Under the pieces are notes generated by a model that saw nothing but the letters and a program-made list of their open reading frames with translations, was not told the DNA's origin and searched no databases. Positions 46,012 through 55,247 of a stretch of 64,000 nt of DNA are shown one piece after another. The stretch is from an uncultured delta proteobacterium (GTDB taxonomy: Bacteria; Desulfobacterota; Binatia; Bin18), in contig CAVTCR010000003.1 in NCBI GenBank assembly GCA_963733195.1, positions 1 to 64,000 on the forward strand. Direction: 5' to 3'. The translations under genes were made by a program, and so were the position numbers. Numbering within the stretch: position 1 is the first letter of the stretch; each line of letters starts with the position of its first letter.

Positions 46012-46623
46012 TTACGCTGCCTGTGGCGTTGCGGCACTCATGGTTTGGCACGCCTCAAGCAGCCACTTGATACTCGACATTTCGTCATCAACGAACGACT
46101 TCAAAAGTTCTTTGCTTTGTTGGTCCTCCTTGATCTGCGCAATGACATCCGTGATCGGTTTCAAGGCCGCAGCAGGATCAGTGAGACGGCTCGCAATTGA
46201 CTGGAGTTTCTCGAGATCCTTCTTCTCCGCCGAAGCATAGAACGGAAGCTCTTTGTCACGCCGCTCCTGCGGAACCGTACATTGCGGCACTCCACCAAGT
46301 TCACGCAACCGCGCTTCTAAAATCTGGGCATGGAAATTTTCGCGTTGCTGAACCATTCGTATTCCACCCTTCACACACTCTTGGTCGCTGACCTCAACCC
46401 AACGATTAAAGTATTCAGCTGCGAAGTTTTCCGCGCAGCGGGCTTCATCAAGCAGATGCATGATCATTTCGCGCTCGGTCGCGTGCGTCTTGCCATTATG
46501 AATATAACTCTGCCCGTTGCCGTTTTTGACCTCACTCATCTGTTGTTCGAACAGTTCGTCGGAAATCAATCCTTTGCGGTATGCTTTGAGGAGCTGCTTT
46601 GTTTCAAAATCTGCAGTCGCCAT
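46012..46623 (-). CDS. Ferritin-like four-helix-bundle protein with a short SHOCT-like N-terminus
   Basis: E..CAE, RENFH and DDEMSS carboxylate pattern; N-terminal LLKAYRKGLISDELFEQ. Confidence 0.55.
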   Translation of the reverse strand: MATADFETKQLLKAYRKGLISDELFEQQMSEVKNGNGQSYIHNGKTHATEREMIMHLLDEARCAENFAAEYFNRWVEVSDQECVKGGIRMVQQRENFHAQILEARLRELGGVPQCTVPQERRDKELPFYASAEKKDLEKLQSIASRLTDPAAALKPITDVIAQIKEDQQSKELLKSFVDDEMSSIKWLLEACQTMSAATPQAA

Positions 46624-46921
46624 ATAACTCTCCTTTCACAATAAGAGACAAGTATTTGATTTTTCCCAATACATCCTAAGAATACGGCAGAAACTACGAA
46701 ATTGGATGCGCGCTGTCAACCAAGAAACGAGCAGAGGCCATAGCAATTTTCTGGTCACGCCATAGCGCCTTCTTTATGTCGCGAATTCTGCTACACCCCA
46801 AGCCAGGACAATCTCTTTAAAAATGACCTGTGCTCAAGTGCGTATTTTTATGTATCTCTTCGAAATGAAACTGGTTTTCCCTGATCGAGTTCTCACGCTC
46901 TAGGCTCTTTCACTCTCTTGA

Positions 46922-48190
46922 ATGTCGATACATCACTCGGTATATTTTGTTCCTCCTATGGTTGTGGCGGCTGTTATTGTGGGACCTGGTGGTAGAGCCC
47001 CCTCTCCACTTACTCAATTCGGTGGACTCTCTCTGATCAAGAGAGCTGTGTTCACTGCCCAGAAGGCGGGAGTGAAAACGTGCTATCTCTATTTTGACCA
47101 AGAGCAGGAGAAGATCAAACACGAATTGCAGAATGATCCCCGAGTCACAAGCCAGCTTGTTTGGCTCTCTTCAATGCCGAGCCAAGTTGCTCAGTGTGAC
47201 AAACAAGGGAAGTGCCTCATCTTCGCGACCGACACAGTTTTTCGTCATTCGACAATTCAGGCGCTTGCTCACTTCTCTCCAGAGCAGACGTCCGTTGTTA
47301 TTGAATCCACAGGCACACCGACCCTTGCGCTTGTTCCGATCTCGACTCTGCCTCTTGTTATCGCCGAAATACAGCAAGGAAAGCCCTGGCACGAAACGAC
47401 CCCAATGCATCAGAGCGCACGCATCCAGCCTCCGTCTGGTCGTGGAATCTTTCTGCAGCGGTTAACTGCAACGACACAGAATGTTACTGTTGAGCGTGAA
47501 TTACTCTTATCGCTAGAAAACCCACGCGATGGGCAAGTCGATACCTATTTCAATCGCAAATTGTCACGCCCTATTACTCGTTGGCTGTTACAGACACCGC
47601 TCACTCCTAACCAAGTCACGATACTCTCCTGCACTGTTGGACTACTCGGTGCGCTGTGCTTTTTCCCCGGCGACTATTGGGGACCGGTGTTGGGCGCATT
47701 CCTCCTCCAGTTCTCGGTAGTCCTTGATTGCTGTGACGGTGAGATTGCTCGCGTCAAATTCATGGAATCTCCGCTGGGGGATTGGCTGGACATTGTTTGC
47801 GACACGATCGTAAGCATCGCTATTTTCCTTGGTATCGGCGTCGCAGTCTGGCGTGACGGCACTGCTCAACACGCGTTGCTACTGGCAAGTCTACTCGCTG
47901 TTGGCGGCGCACTCTCCTTTCCCTTTGTAACGCTTGCCGAAAAGACCGAAGCGATGGGAGAGCGTCGCAAAGGATGGGAAGATCACACTATCAAGAAACT
48001 ACTCTCCAGCCTAACGACCAGAGATTTTTCTGTCGTGGTGGTTGCCAGCGCTATCGTCGGCAAGCTTAACTGGTTTTTGTGGGGTGCTGCGCTTGGTGCG
48101 CATGCCTTTTGGTTATTCTTGGCATGGTTATTATTCCGTGCTGGACGCTTTGTCGAACTCGCAAACGTGTGGGGGCGAAAGGGAATATGA
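46922..48190 (+). CDS. CDP-alcohol phosphatidyltransferase with a degenerate N-terminal NTP-transferase-like domain
   Basis: TPNQVT and DCCDGEIAR..SPLGDWLDIVCD signature; N-terminal PLTQFGGLSLIKR. Confidence 0.85.
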   Translation: MSIHHSVYFVPPMVVAAVIVGPGGRAPSPLTQFGGLSLIKRAVFTAQKAGVKTCYLYFDQEQEKIKHELQNDPRVTSQLVWLSSMPSQVAQCDKQGKCLIFATDTVFRHSTIQALAHFSPEQTSVVIESTGTPTLALVPISTLPLVIAEIQQGKPWHETTPMHQSARIQPPSGRGIFLQRLTATTQNVTVERELLLSLENPRDGQVDTYFNRKLSRPITRWLLQTPLTPNQVTILSCTVGLLGALCFFPGDYWGPVLGAFLLQFSVVLDCCDGEIARVKFMESPLGDWLDIVCDTIVSIAIFLGIGVAVWRDGTAQHALLLASLLAVGGALSFPFVTLAEKTEAMGERRKGWEDHTIKKLLSSLTTRDFSVVVVASAIVGKLNWFLWGAALGAHAFWLFLAWLLFRAGRFVELANVWGRKGI

Positions 48191-49038
48191 AACAACAGAC
48201 AAACACATGGCAGAAGACCTTCATAATATGGTTTTTCGTTCTGCTGGTCACTTCTGTGGCTGCACATGCTGAGGGGGAAAACCATGATCCCTCTCACAAC
48301 CACAAAGCTGAGGTGGCCCAGGATGATGGAGAGAACCACTCGACGCATCATCACGAAACTGGTGGCACTGAGGATTCGGCAACAACGCCCTCTTCACAAG
48401 AGCGACAACCTGTGAATCTCATCGCTCCGTCAGGCCATCATCACCATCATCGCCCACCCCTGCTTCCACCCAGATCAAGATCAAGCCTATTCCGAGTTGA
48501 ATCACCATATCGCTGGAGTGTTTGTTTTCTCGCAGGAGGATTAGCGCTATTGGCATCAGCCGACAGTGTCCGGTTTTCCTGGGCACGGTTTGGGTGGCCT
48601 GGCTTCTTTTTTCTGCTTGGTGTGTTTCTGCTGGTTCGTCACGATCCAGAGTCATGGCCCGTGGGGCCGCTATCACTTCAGGAAAGTCTAAGTGACGCGC
48701 AAGTCGTCCAACACGTCATCTTCGCGTGTATCGTTCTTGGTATTGGCATTATCGAGTGGCTGCGATGTCGTGGGACGCTGACCCATTCAGCATGGAGTTT
48801 GGTTTTTCCGGCACTTGCCGTCTCCGCAGCATTTATGTTGTTTGCGCACAAGCACGGGGAAGGCCCATCCGCAGATAAGATCTATCGTCACCACATCATT
48901 ATGGCGATCGCCGGTGTGATCGCAATGATCGCGAAAGTAATCGCTGACCTTCAGCTTGTGAAGGGAAAATTTAGCGATTATCTATGGACGGGACTGATGA
49001 TGTTCATTGGCCTGATGCTTTTGCTTTACACAGAGTGA
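48187..49038 (+). CDS. His-rich secreted/membrane protein, CopD C-terminal-like (compensating frameshifts near 48470-48530)
   Basis: Signal peptide and His-rich linker; alternate frame YSELNHHIAGVF; HDPESWP, VQH, HKH, RHH in TM helices. Confidence 0.55.
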   Translation: MKQQTNTWQKTFIIWFFVLLVTSVAAHAEGENHDPSHNHKAEVAQDDGENHSTHHHETGGTEDSATTPSSQERQPVNLIAPSGHHHHHRPPLLPPRSRSSLFRVESPYRWSVCFLAGGLALLASADSVRFSWARFGWPGFFFLLGVFLLVRHDPESWPVGPLSLQESLSDAQVVQHVIFACIVLGIGIIEWLRCRGTLTHSAWSLVFPALAVSAAFMLFAHKHGEGPSADKIYRHHIIMAIAGVIAMIAKVIADLQLVKGKFSDYLWTGLMMFIGLMLLLYTE

Positions 49039-50072
49039 GCTTTCTGCGGTAAGAAATTTCGTCCCATTTGCATAAGGGCCGCAAGGCCGATTCCATTGTG
49101 TATAGTTTCGCGAGCACGCCTAAGTGCCATCAACGTCAGTCCGGCGCCATCATCAATCCCGAGTAAACGACACAGGAATACTCCACCAGCTTCCTGCACG
49201 CCTAAGGCACCAGGAATAATCAGCGCAGCCACAGTCAATGGTTGAATCATGGCCTCGATAATAAGGGCGTCAGTGGGAGCCGCAGGCACCCCCATAAGAA
49301 AAAGAAAGACGAGTAACTCGATCGCTCCAAACAGCCATCCGCCAAAATGGTAGCAGGTAGACACGACAAACCCGCGCGTGTTGCCGTCGTAAAAGTGCAA
49401 CAGATGAGCATCGATGTCTCTGGCACGTTCCTCCCACCGCACAAGCCGCCGCCATCGAGGCAGCAATCGCCGGAGGAAGCGAACGATCGTACTCATCAAC
49501 CCACGACGTTGCCAACGAATGAGAAGCAGAGTGAAGCCATACGCCATCAGCAAAAGCGGGCCTAGTATCCACCATCCCTGCTGCACCCATCCTAACCGAT
49601 GTAAGAAGAATGGAATCCCAAGCAGAATAAAAACTATCTGTGAGATGGTCAGCGCGGTTTTAGCAACGACCACTGAGGCTAAGCCCGCTTCCGTGGGAAG
49701 CCCGTGTGCGCGCAGCATATAAACTTTCACTGGCTCGCCACCGAGGTTGGCGGTTGGTGTTAAGTTATTCACCGCCTCACCGGCTAAGCGCGCCAGCGAC
49801 CAACGCCACAACGGAATATGAGGAAGCCGTACGGTGGAGGGCAAGGCACAGGCCCATCCTTTTGCATCGCACAAGGCAATCACGACTGACGGAAGCAGCA
49901 GCAACGGCGCCAACCACCCAATGCGTTCTACATAGCCGAGAATCTCACTGACTCCGACTTCCCACACGAGGAAGCCGAGGAGACCCACGCCAGCCAGTCC
50001 CGCGACGATGTTCAAAAGGAGACGTCGATTAGGACTTCCAGAATGTGTACGGTCGTTGGATGATTCCGTCAT
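49026..50072 (-). CDS. Lysylphosphatidylglycerol-synthase TM / flippase-like protein (HpnL-like)
   Basis: RLAGEAVNNLTPTANLGGEPVK, IPGALGVQE, RRARE. Confidence 0.85.
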   Translation of the reverse strand: MTESSNDRTHSGSPNRRLLLNIVAGLAGVGLLGFLVWEVGVSEILGYVERIGWLAPLLLLPSVVIALCDAKGWACALPSTVRLPHIPLWRWSLARLAGEAVNNLTPTANLGGEPVKVYMLRAHGLPTEAGLASVVVAKTALTISQIVFILLGIPFFLHRLGWVQQGWWILGPLLLMAYGFTLLLIRWQRRGLMSTIVRFLRRLLPRWRRLVRWEERARDIDAHLLHFYDGNTRGFVVSTCYHFGGWLFGAIELLVFLFLMGVPAAPTDALIIEAMIQPLTVAALIIPGALGVQEAGGVFLCRLLGIDDGAGLTLMALRRARETIHNGIGLAALMQMGRNFLPQKAHSV

Positions 50073-50121
50073 TGCTGCATTTTTTCATTGAATCAAGGAA
50101 CGAATGAGTCAATGAATCAAC

Positions 50122-51000
50122 TCACGCACCTAAGAGTCCACGCAGTGTTGCGAGGTTCTCAAGGTCTTCATGACAGTCGTCACTTTTGGGAGTTTCCAAA
50201 CACATGGGTAATCCCCAGAAGCGCTTGTCATTCATCAGTAGTCGAAACGCTTCCAGGCCGATAAATCCTTTGCCGATGTGTTCGTGACGATCGACCCGAC
50301 AGCCGAGATCCTTCTTTGCGTCGTTTAAATGAAACGCGACCAAGCGCTTGAGACCGATGGTCTCATCAAACTCAGCAAATGTCCGATCGTATCCCTCTTT
50401 CGTGCGCAGGTCATAACCAGCTGCAAACGCATGCTCGGTGTCAAAGCAGACACGTAATTGATCAGGATTTTTGCTCGCATCGATGATCTGTCGCACGTGT
50501 TGAAAGCGATAGCCTAAGGTCGACCCCTGCCCTGCGGTAATTTCAATGGCCAGTTTAGTTTCGTAGCCAGGACAGGCTTTATGCATTTCATCAATCGACT
50601 TGACGATCGTTTGGATCCCGACTTCCTCTCCGGTGCCCACATGCGCACCAGGATGAGCGATGAGATAGACGATGCCAAGCGCTTCGCAGCGTTCCATCTC
50701 ATCGATGAGTCCAGCGACTGACTTCTTTCGTAGCGCATCATCAGGAGCAGCGAAGTTATAGAGATATGAGTCGTGGGCCACGACCGTCGTGAGACCGGTC
50801 TCCTTTTTTGCCCGGTGAAAGCGAGCGATTTCCTCTGTGCTAAGCGGCTTGCTCACCCACTGACGCGAGGACTTGGTGAAGAGCTGTACCGTATCACAGC
50901 CAACCTCTTGTCCCTGGAGCACCGCATTATCGACCCCACCAGCGATCGACATGTGCGCCCCAAGTAATGGACCTTTATGAGCAGTCGCTTTTTTGGCCAT
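50122..51000 (-). CDS. nfo: Endonuclease IV
   Basis: LGAHMSIAGG, HDSYL, HPG, EITAGQG, CFDTEH, HLND, DRHEHIG, LETP. Confidence 0.95.
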   Translation of the reverse strand: MAKKATAHKGPLLGAHMSIAGGVDNAVLQGQEVGCDTVQLFTKSSRQWVSKPLSTEEIARFHRAKKETGLTTVVAHDSYLYNFAAPDDALRKKSVAGLIDEMERCEALGIVYLIAHPGAHVGTGEEVGIQTIVKSIDEMHKACPGYETKLAIEITAGQGSTLGYRFQHVRQIIDASKNPDQLRVCFDTEHAFAAGYDLRTKEGYDRTFAEFDETIGLKRLVAFHLNDAKKDLGCRVDRHEHIGKGFIGLEAFRLLMNDKRFWGLPMCLETPKSDDCHEDLENLATLRGLLGA

Positions 51001-51032
51001 GACACTTCTTTAAGGGAGGAGCATATACAGGT

Positions 51033-51929
51033 CTAGGGGGTCCCTGGAGGAAGAGCCGCAAGCTCACGGACAACCGTAATCAAAGCGCCCCAATCTAACT
51101 CGCCACGTCCATTGGCAGCTGCGGCACGAAGATGTTGGTGAGCAAGATCTGCAAGCGGCAACGGTGCTTGCACTTGATCGGCTAATTTCCGCATGAGCCC
51201 CACGTCTTTCAACCCAAGCCGCAATACAAAGCCTGGTGGGACAAACTCGTTGCGCGCCATGCGTGTCCCATACCCTTGAAAGAGCGGAACCGGCAGCAGT
51301 GCTTTGATGACTTCGAGAACCGTATCAACCTTGAGCCCTGACTTCTCGGCCAAGGTAAAGGCTTCACTCAGTGTTTCTATCGCCGAGATGACAAAAAAGT
51401 TGCCAACCAATTTGAGTACACTGGCGAGGTGGGGGTCTGTACCGACAACGATCACGCCTTGCCCCATCGCAGTAAACAATGGACGACATTGTTCGATTGC
51501 GCCTGCTGGCCCAGCCGGGCAGATCCATAACTTGGCCGCGGCTGCAGCTTCAGGTCGGCCAAAGACTGGTGCCGCAATGAAATGAGTCCCTCGCGTACTG
51601 TATTCTTGGGCTAACCGCTTGGTCGTGTCAGGAGAGACAGTGCTCATATCAACATGAATGCCACCTTTCTGTAGCCCAGCGAGAACGCCTCGTTCCCCTA
51701 GCGCAACATCTTCAAGCGCAGCGTCATCAGCAAGAATGCTCAGAACGATAGGAGCCTGTTCGCTAACGGCACATGGCGAAGATTCCCATCGCGCCCCCTG
51801 AGCAAGCAAACTCTCCGCCCGAGCCGCAGTACGATTAAAAACATGTAGTGCGTATCCAGCTTTTAACACATTCTGCGCCATCGGCAGCCCCATGTTACCA
51901 AGTCCGACAAACCCAACTGTCGTAGTCAT
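51033..51929 (-). CDS. NAD(P)-dependent oxidoreductase, beta-hydroxyacid dehydrogenase family
   Basis: VGFVGLGNMGLPMA, DMSTVSP, APVFG, KLVGN, LGLKD. Confidence 0.9.
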   Translation of the reverse strand: MTTTVGFVGLGNMGLPMAQNVLKAGYALHVFNRTAARAESLLAQGARWESSPCAVSEQAPIVLSILADDAALEDVALGERGVLAGLQKGGIHVDMSTVSPDTTKRLAQEYSTRGTHFIAAPVFGRPEAAAAAKLWICPAGPAGAIEQCRPLFTAMGQGVIVVGTDPHLASVLKLVGNFFVISAIETLSEAFTLAEKSGLKVDTVLEVIKALLPVPLFQGYGTRMARNEFVPPGFVLRLGLKDVGLMRKLADQVQAPLPLADLAHQHLRAAAANGRGELDWGALITVVRELAALPPGTP

Positions 51930-52065
51930 GATTCCTCCTTTCAGTAGAGTAAGAACCGGATGCAGTTCTTTTCGCCCTTGCGGCTTACTATGGGGCTGAA
52001 AGGAGCACAAGAGAGGGAACGTCTGGCGAGAAACCGAGCTGAAAAAGGTTGGTGAAGGATCTGGC

Positions 52066-52105
52066 GGGGAGTCGCCTCGTTCGGTCGACGAGGACCAACT
52101 CCCCG
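52066..52105 (-). terminator. GC-rich hairpin downstream of the Tyr-rich gene (possible terminator)
   Basis: ggggag..cctcgt-loop-acgagg..ctcccc. The U-tract is not immediately adjacent. Confidence 0.4.
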
Positions 52106-52127
52106 AATTGAGGTGGAGGTAAAAGGG

Positions 52128-52505
52128 TTAGTAGCGAGGAATTAGGAGATCCCACCAGGGGAAGTTCCCGGTCTGAGGATAGGAAGAACCACCATAGTAA
52201 CCGTTGTTAGGATAGTAAGAACCGCCATAGTAACCGTCGTTATAGCGCGGCTGGCTGTAGGTGCGGCGACGGTAATAGTCATCATCGTCATAGCGATTAT
52301 AGTAGCGATCGTTGTAACGCCCACGACTATAATAGGAACGATCACGGTTATAGTACGGGCGATTATAATAGGAGCGGTCGTAGTACGATTGACCGTAGCG
52401 TGGCTTACAGTGTTTGTATTTCTTGGCAAAGGCCGATGGGGTCAAGAGAAAAACTGCCATAAGGGGAACAATAAGGAAAAACAACTTTTTCATCTTGGTC
52501 TTCAT
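52128..52505 (-). CDS. Secreted low-complexity Tyr/Arg/Asp/Gly-rich protein
   Basis: GGAGG RBS; signal peptide MKKLFFLIV..SAFA; repeats YYDR/YYNR/GYYGGS. Confidence 0.7.
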   Translation of the reverse strand: MKTKMKKLFFLIVPLMAVFLLTPSAFAKKYKHCKPRYGQSYYDRSYYNRPYYNRDRSYYSRGRYNDRYYNRYDDDDYYRRRTYSQPRYNDGYYGGSYYPNNGYYGGSSYPQTGNFPWWDLLIPRY

Positions 52506-52636
52506 AACGACCTCCTTATGAAGGAGAAAAACACAAAACGCGTGCAGAAGTCGCGCATACAAACTCAGACCACCCGAATCCTGTGAGGGAAGGCTTTCTC
52601 TAGAATTGACTTCTTTTGTTCCCACCCATAGTAAGG

Positions 52637-53293
52637 ATGCGACTCGAAAGGAGTTTTTCCGTGCAAAGACCGAAGCGTGAGTCTGGAAATGAGGCGGAGT
52701 CCTTCCCCTGCGACGAATGCCTCTCCCCTCGAAGTCTGAGTCGCCGAAGCCTACTGAAATCTGTGCTTGGCGTGGGCCTCACGCTTTCCTTCGTCGAGCA
52801 GACTGCACATGCGCAGACCGATCCCAAGAAAGCACGGCCACAAGTAGGAGATCATTTCGTCTTTGCCCTGGGAGACCGTAGCGGGCAACTCATTACCCAG
52901 CAAGATGTGCAAATCGGTGGCCCACCGGTAACCGCATACCCAAAAGACCCTACTACCCAGATCGTGCGTGACGGATCACGGCTCAACCGCGTACTACTGG
53001 TTCGGCTGGCACCGGAGACACTCACTGAGCAGACGCGCACGGTCGCCGCTGAGGGCATCGTCGGGTATTCTGCGGTCTGCACACATACAGGATGCGACGT
53101 CGTGGGATGGGAAAATACGACGCAGCACCTAGTTTGCCCTTGTCACACCTCAGCCTTTGACGCGAAAGATCGGGCTCGGGTTGTCAGTGGCCCAGCACCA
53201 AAGTCACTCGCCGCGCTGCCGCTACAGGTCGTTGATGGCAAGCTCACCGTCGCAGGACCGTTTTCAGGCCGTGTCGGCGCTGAACAGAAATGA
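52637..53293 (+). CDS. Tat-exported Rieske [2Fe-2S] protein (start uncertain)
   Basis: SRRSLLK twin-arginine motif; CTHTGC and CPCH; GPAPKSL. Confidence 0.9.
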   Translation: MRLERSFSVQRPKRESGNEAESFPCDECLSPRSLSRRSLLKSVLGVGLTLSFVEQTAHAQTDPKKARPQVGDHFVFALGDRSGQLITQQDVQIGGPPVTAYPKDPTTQIVRDGSRLNRVLLVRLAPETLTEQTRTVAAEGIVGYSAVCTHTGCDVVGWENTTQHLVCPCHTSAFDAKDRARVVSGPAPKSLAALPLQVVDGKLTVAGPFSGRVGAEQK

Positions 53294-53302
53294 GGAGAGA
53301 CC

Positions 53303-55153
53303 ATGTCTCAGAGACTATGGAAGCATTTAGGAATCGAGTCATTGCGAGCGAAGCGAAGCAATCTCTGTCCTCAAAATAGATTGCTTCGTCGCCTCCAGCT
53401 CCTCGCAATGACACTTGTCCCTACTTTTCAAACCGGTGCGAAGACAATCACTTTTCTCACTGCCTTCGTCGTTAGCATATTCGCTAACCTAGCGTCCGCT
53501 CAACCCTTGAAGACATATCAACCTGTGACCAGTGAGCGGCTTTTGCATCCAGAACCGCAGAATTGGTTGATGTATCGTGGCACCTACGACAGTTGGGGTT
53601 ATAGCTCCCTAAACCAAATCAACCGCAAAAACGTGAGACGCTTAGTGCCAGTGTGGACATTTTCTACAGGCGTAGGGGAAGGTCATCAGTCTCCTCCTAT
53701 CGTTAATAACGGCATCATGTTCATCACCACGCCACAGAACCAAGTGCTCGCATTGGATGCGAAGACCGGCGACTTATTGTGGCGCTACAAACATGAGTTG
53801 CCAGAAGACCTGTTCCAACTCCATCCCACCAATCGTGGCGTTGCTTTGTATGGAGACAAGGTCTACCTGGCGACGGTTGACGCCCATCTGGTTGCCCTGA
53901 ATGCTCGTACCGGCGAGGTAGTGTGGGATCAGACAGTTGAGAAGTATCTCACCGGCTATTACATGACACTCGCTCCACTTGTTGTACGCGGCAAGGTCAT
54001 GGTCGGTGTGTCGGGAGGAGAGTTCGGCATTCGTGGCTTCGTACAAGCGTTTGATGCCGAGACTGGCCAATCTGCTTGGAAGACCTACACTGTCCCTGGC
54101 CCCGGCGAGCCTGGAAACGAAAGCTGGCCTGGGGATACGTGGAAGAACGGCGCGGTTCCCATATGGATCACTGGGAGTTATGACCCCCAGCTCAACCTTA
54201 CGTACTGGGGGACAGGAAACGCTGGACCGTTCATGGGAGAGACACGTTCGGGGGATAACCTGTACGCGAACTCCGTTATCGCTTTGGATGCTGATACTGG
54301 AGCGCTGAAAGCTCACCATCAGTATCACTGGAACGACTCATGGGATTGGGATGAAGTCTCTGCGCCGATTCTGCTCGATGTACAGCGCAATGGGCGCGCG
54401 ATCAAAGCGTTGGTGCATCCTGCCCGTAATGGCTATCTATGGCTCCTCGAACGCAGCGCCGACAAGATCACCTATGTCCATGCCGAACCATTCGTGAAGC
54501 AGAATGTCTTCACGAAGTTGGACCCCGAAACCGGACGACCAACATACAATCCCGAACGGATTCCAGGGATCGGTAAGCGCGCAGAATTTTGTCCATCGGT
54601 CTGGGGTGGAAAAGACTGGCCACCGGCAGCCTACAACCCAACGACAGGCTATCTCTATGTTCCTGCCAATGAAAATCTGTGTAGCGCCTTAAAAGGAAAC
54701 CCAGCGACGTACACACCGGGCCAGTTGTATATTGGTCTTGAAATTACGGATATCGAGCTTCTCCCGCAGAAGGGAGCGAAAGATCATATTGGTGAATTAC
54801 AAGCGTGGGATATGAACGCCGGAAAGAAAGTGTGGACGAAAACGTTCAAGTCTCACAATTGGGGACCTGTACTCACTACCGGTGGCGGACTCGTGTTTCT
54901 TGGTGGTACCAATGACCGCTACTTCCGTGCCTTTGATGCCAAGACCGGAAAGTTGTTATGGCAGCAACGCACCAACTCCGGCGTTACCGGGGTGCCGAGC
55001 ACATATCAAGTCGATGGCGTGCAGTACATCGCGGTCCAATCCGGCTGGGGTGTCGATGCCCAACGCAAACAAGAATTACTCGACAAAGCCTCTGGTACCA
55101 AGACGTTTGTCCCGCAAGGAGGAGTGCTGTGGGTGTTTGCGTTGGGGAAGTAA
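53303..55153 (+). CDS. PQQ-dependent dehydrogenase, methanol/ethanol superfamily, atypical clade
   Basis: Trp-docking repeats (ALDAKTGDLLW, AFDAETG), SGGEFGIRG, GTGN, WDWDE, GGKDW, YQVDGVQY. Confidence 0.92.
   Translation: MSQRLWKHLGIESLRAKRSNLCPQNRLLRRLQLLAMTLVPTFQTGAKTITFLTAFVVSIFANLASAQPLKTYQPVTSERLLHPEPQNWLMYRGTYDSWGYSSLNQINRKNVRRLVPVWTFSTGVGEGHQSPPIVNNGIMFITTPQNQVLALDAKTGDLLWRYKHELPEDLFQLHPTNRGVALYGDKVYLATVDAHLVALNARTGEVVWDQTVEKYLTGYYMTLAPLVVRGKVMVGVSGGEFGIRGFVQAFDAETGQSAWKTYTVPGPGEPGNESWPGDTWKNGAVPIWITGSYDPQLNLTYWGTGNAGPFMGETRSGDNLYANSVIALDADTGALKAHHQYHWNDSWDWDEVSAPILLDVQRNGRAIKALVHPARNGYLWLLERSADKITYVHAEPFVKQNVFTKLDPETGRPTYNPERIPGIGKRAEFCPSVWGGKDWPPAAYNPTTGYLYVPANENLCSALKGNPATYTPGQLYIGLEITDIELLPQKGAKDHIGELQAWDMNAGKKVWTKTFKSHNWGPVLTTGGGLVFLGGTNDRYFRAFDAKTGKLLWQQRTNSGVTGVPSTYQVDGVQYIAVQSGWGVDAQRKQELLDKASGTKTFVPQGGVLWVFALGK
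53338..53412. repeat. 75-bp palindromic element in frame in the PQQ dehydrogenase N-terminus
   Basis: gtcattgcgag..gaagcaatct..agattgcttc..ctcgcaatgac; same ends as 16622-16880. Confidence 0.85.
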
Positions 55154-55247
55154 AGCTGCATTCGACCATTGATGGGTCCGATCTTAGGGTCATTAAGCGC
55201 ACCCGCGCCTCTGCCGGGCTTGATCCACTTTATTTGATACTGCTTGA

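Noticed and set aside
53303-55153. Calling the gene xoxF, mxaF or exaA
   Set aside because: It lacks the vicinal CC motif, has no xoxG/xoxJ/mxaI neighbours, and its active-site context differs.
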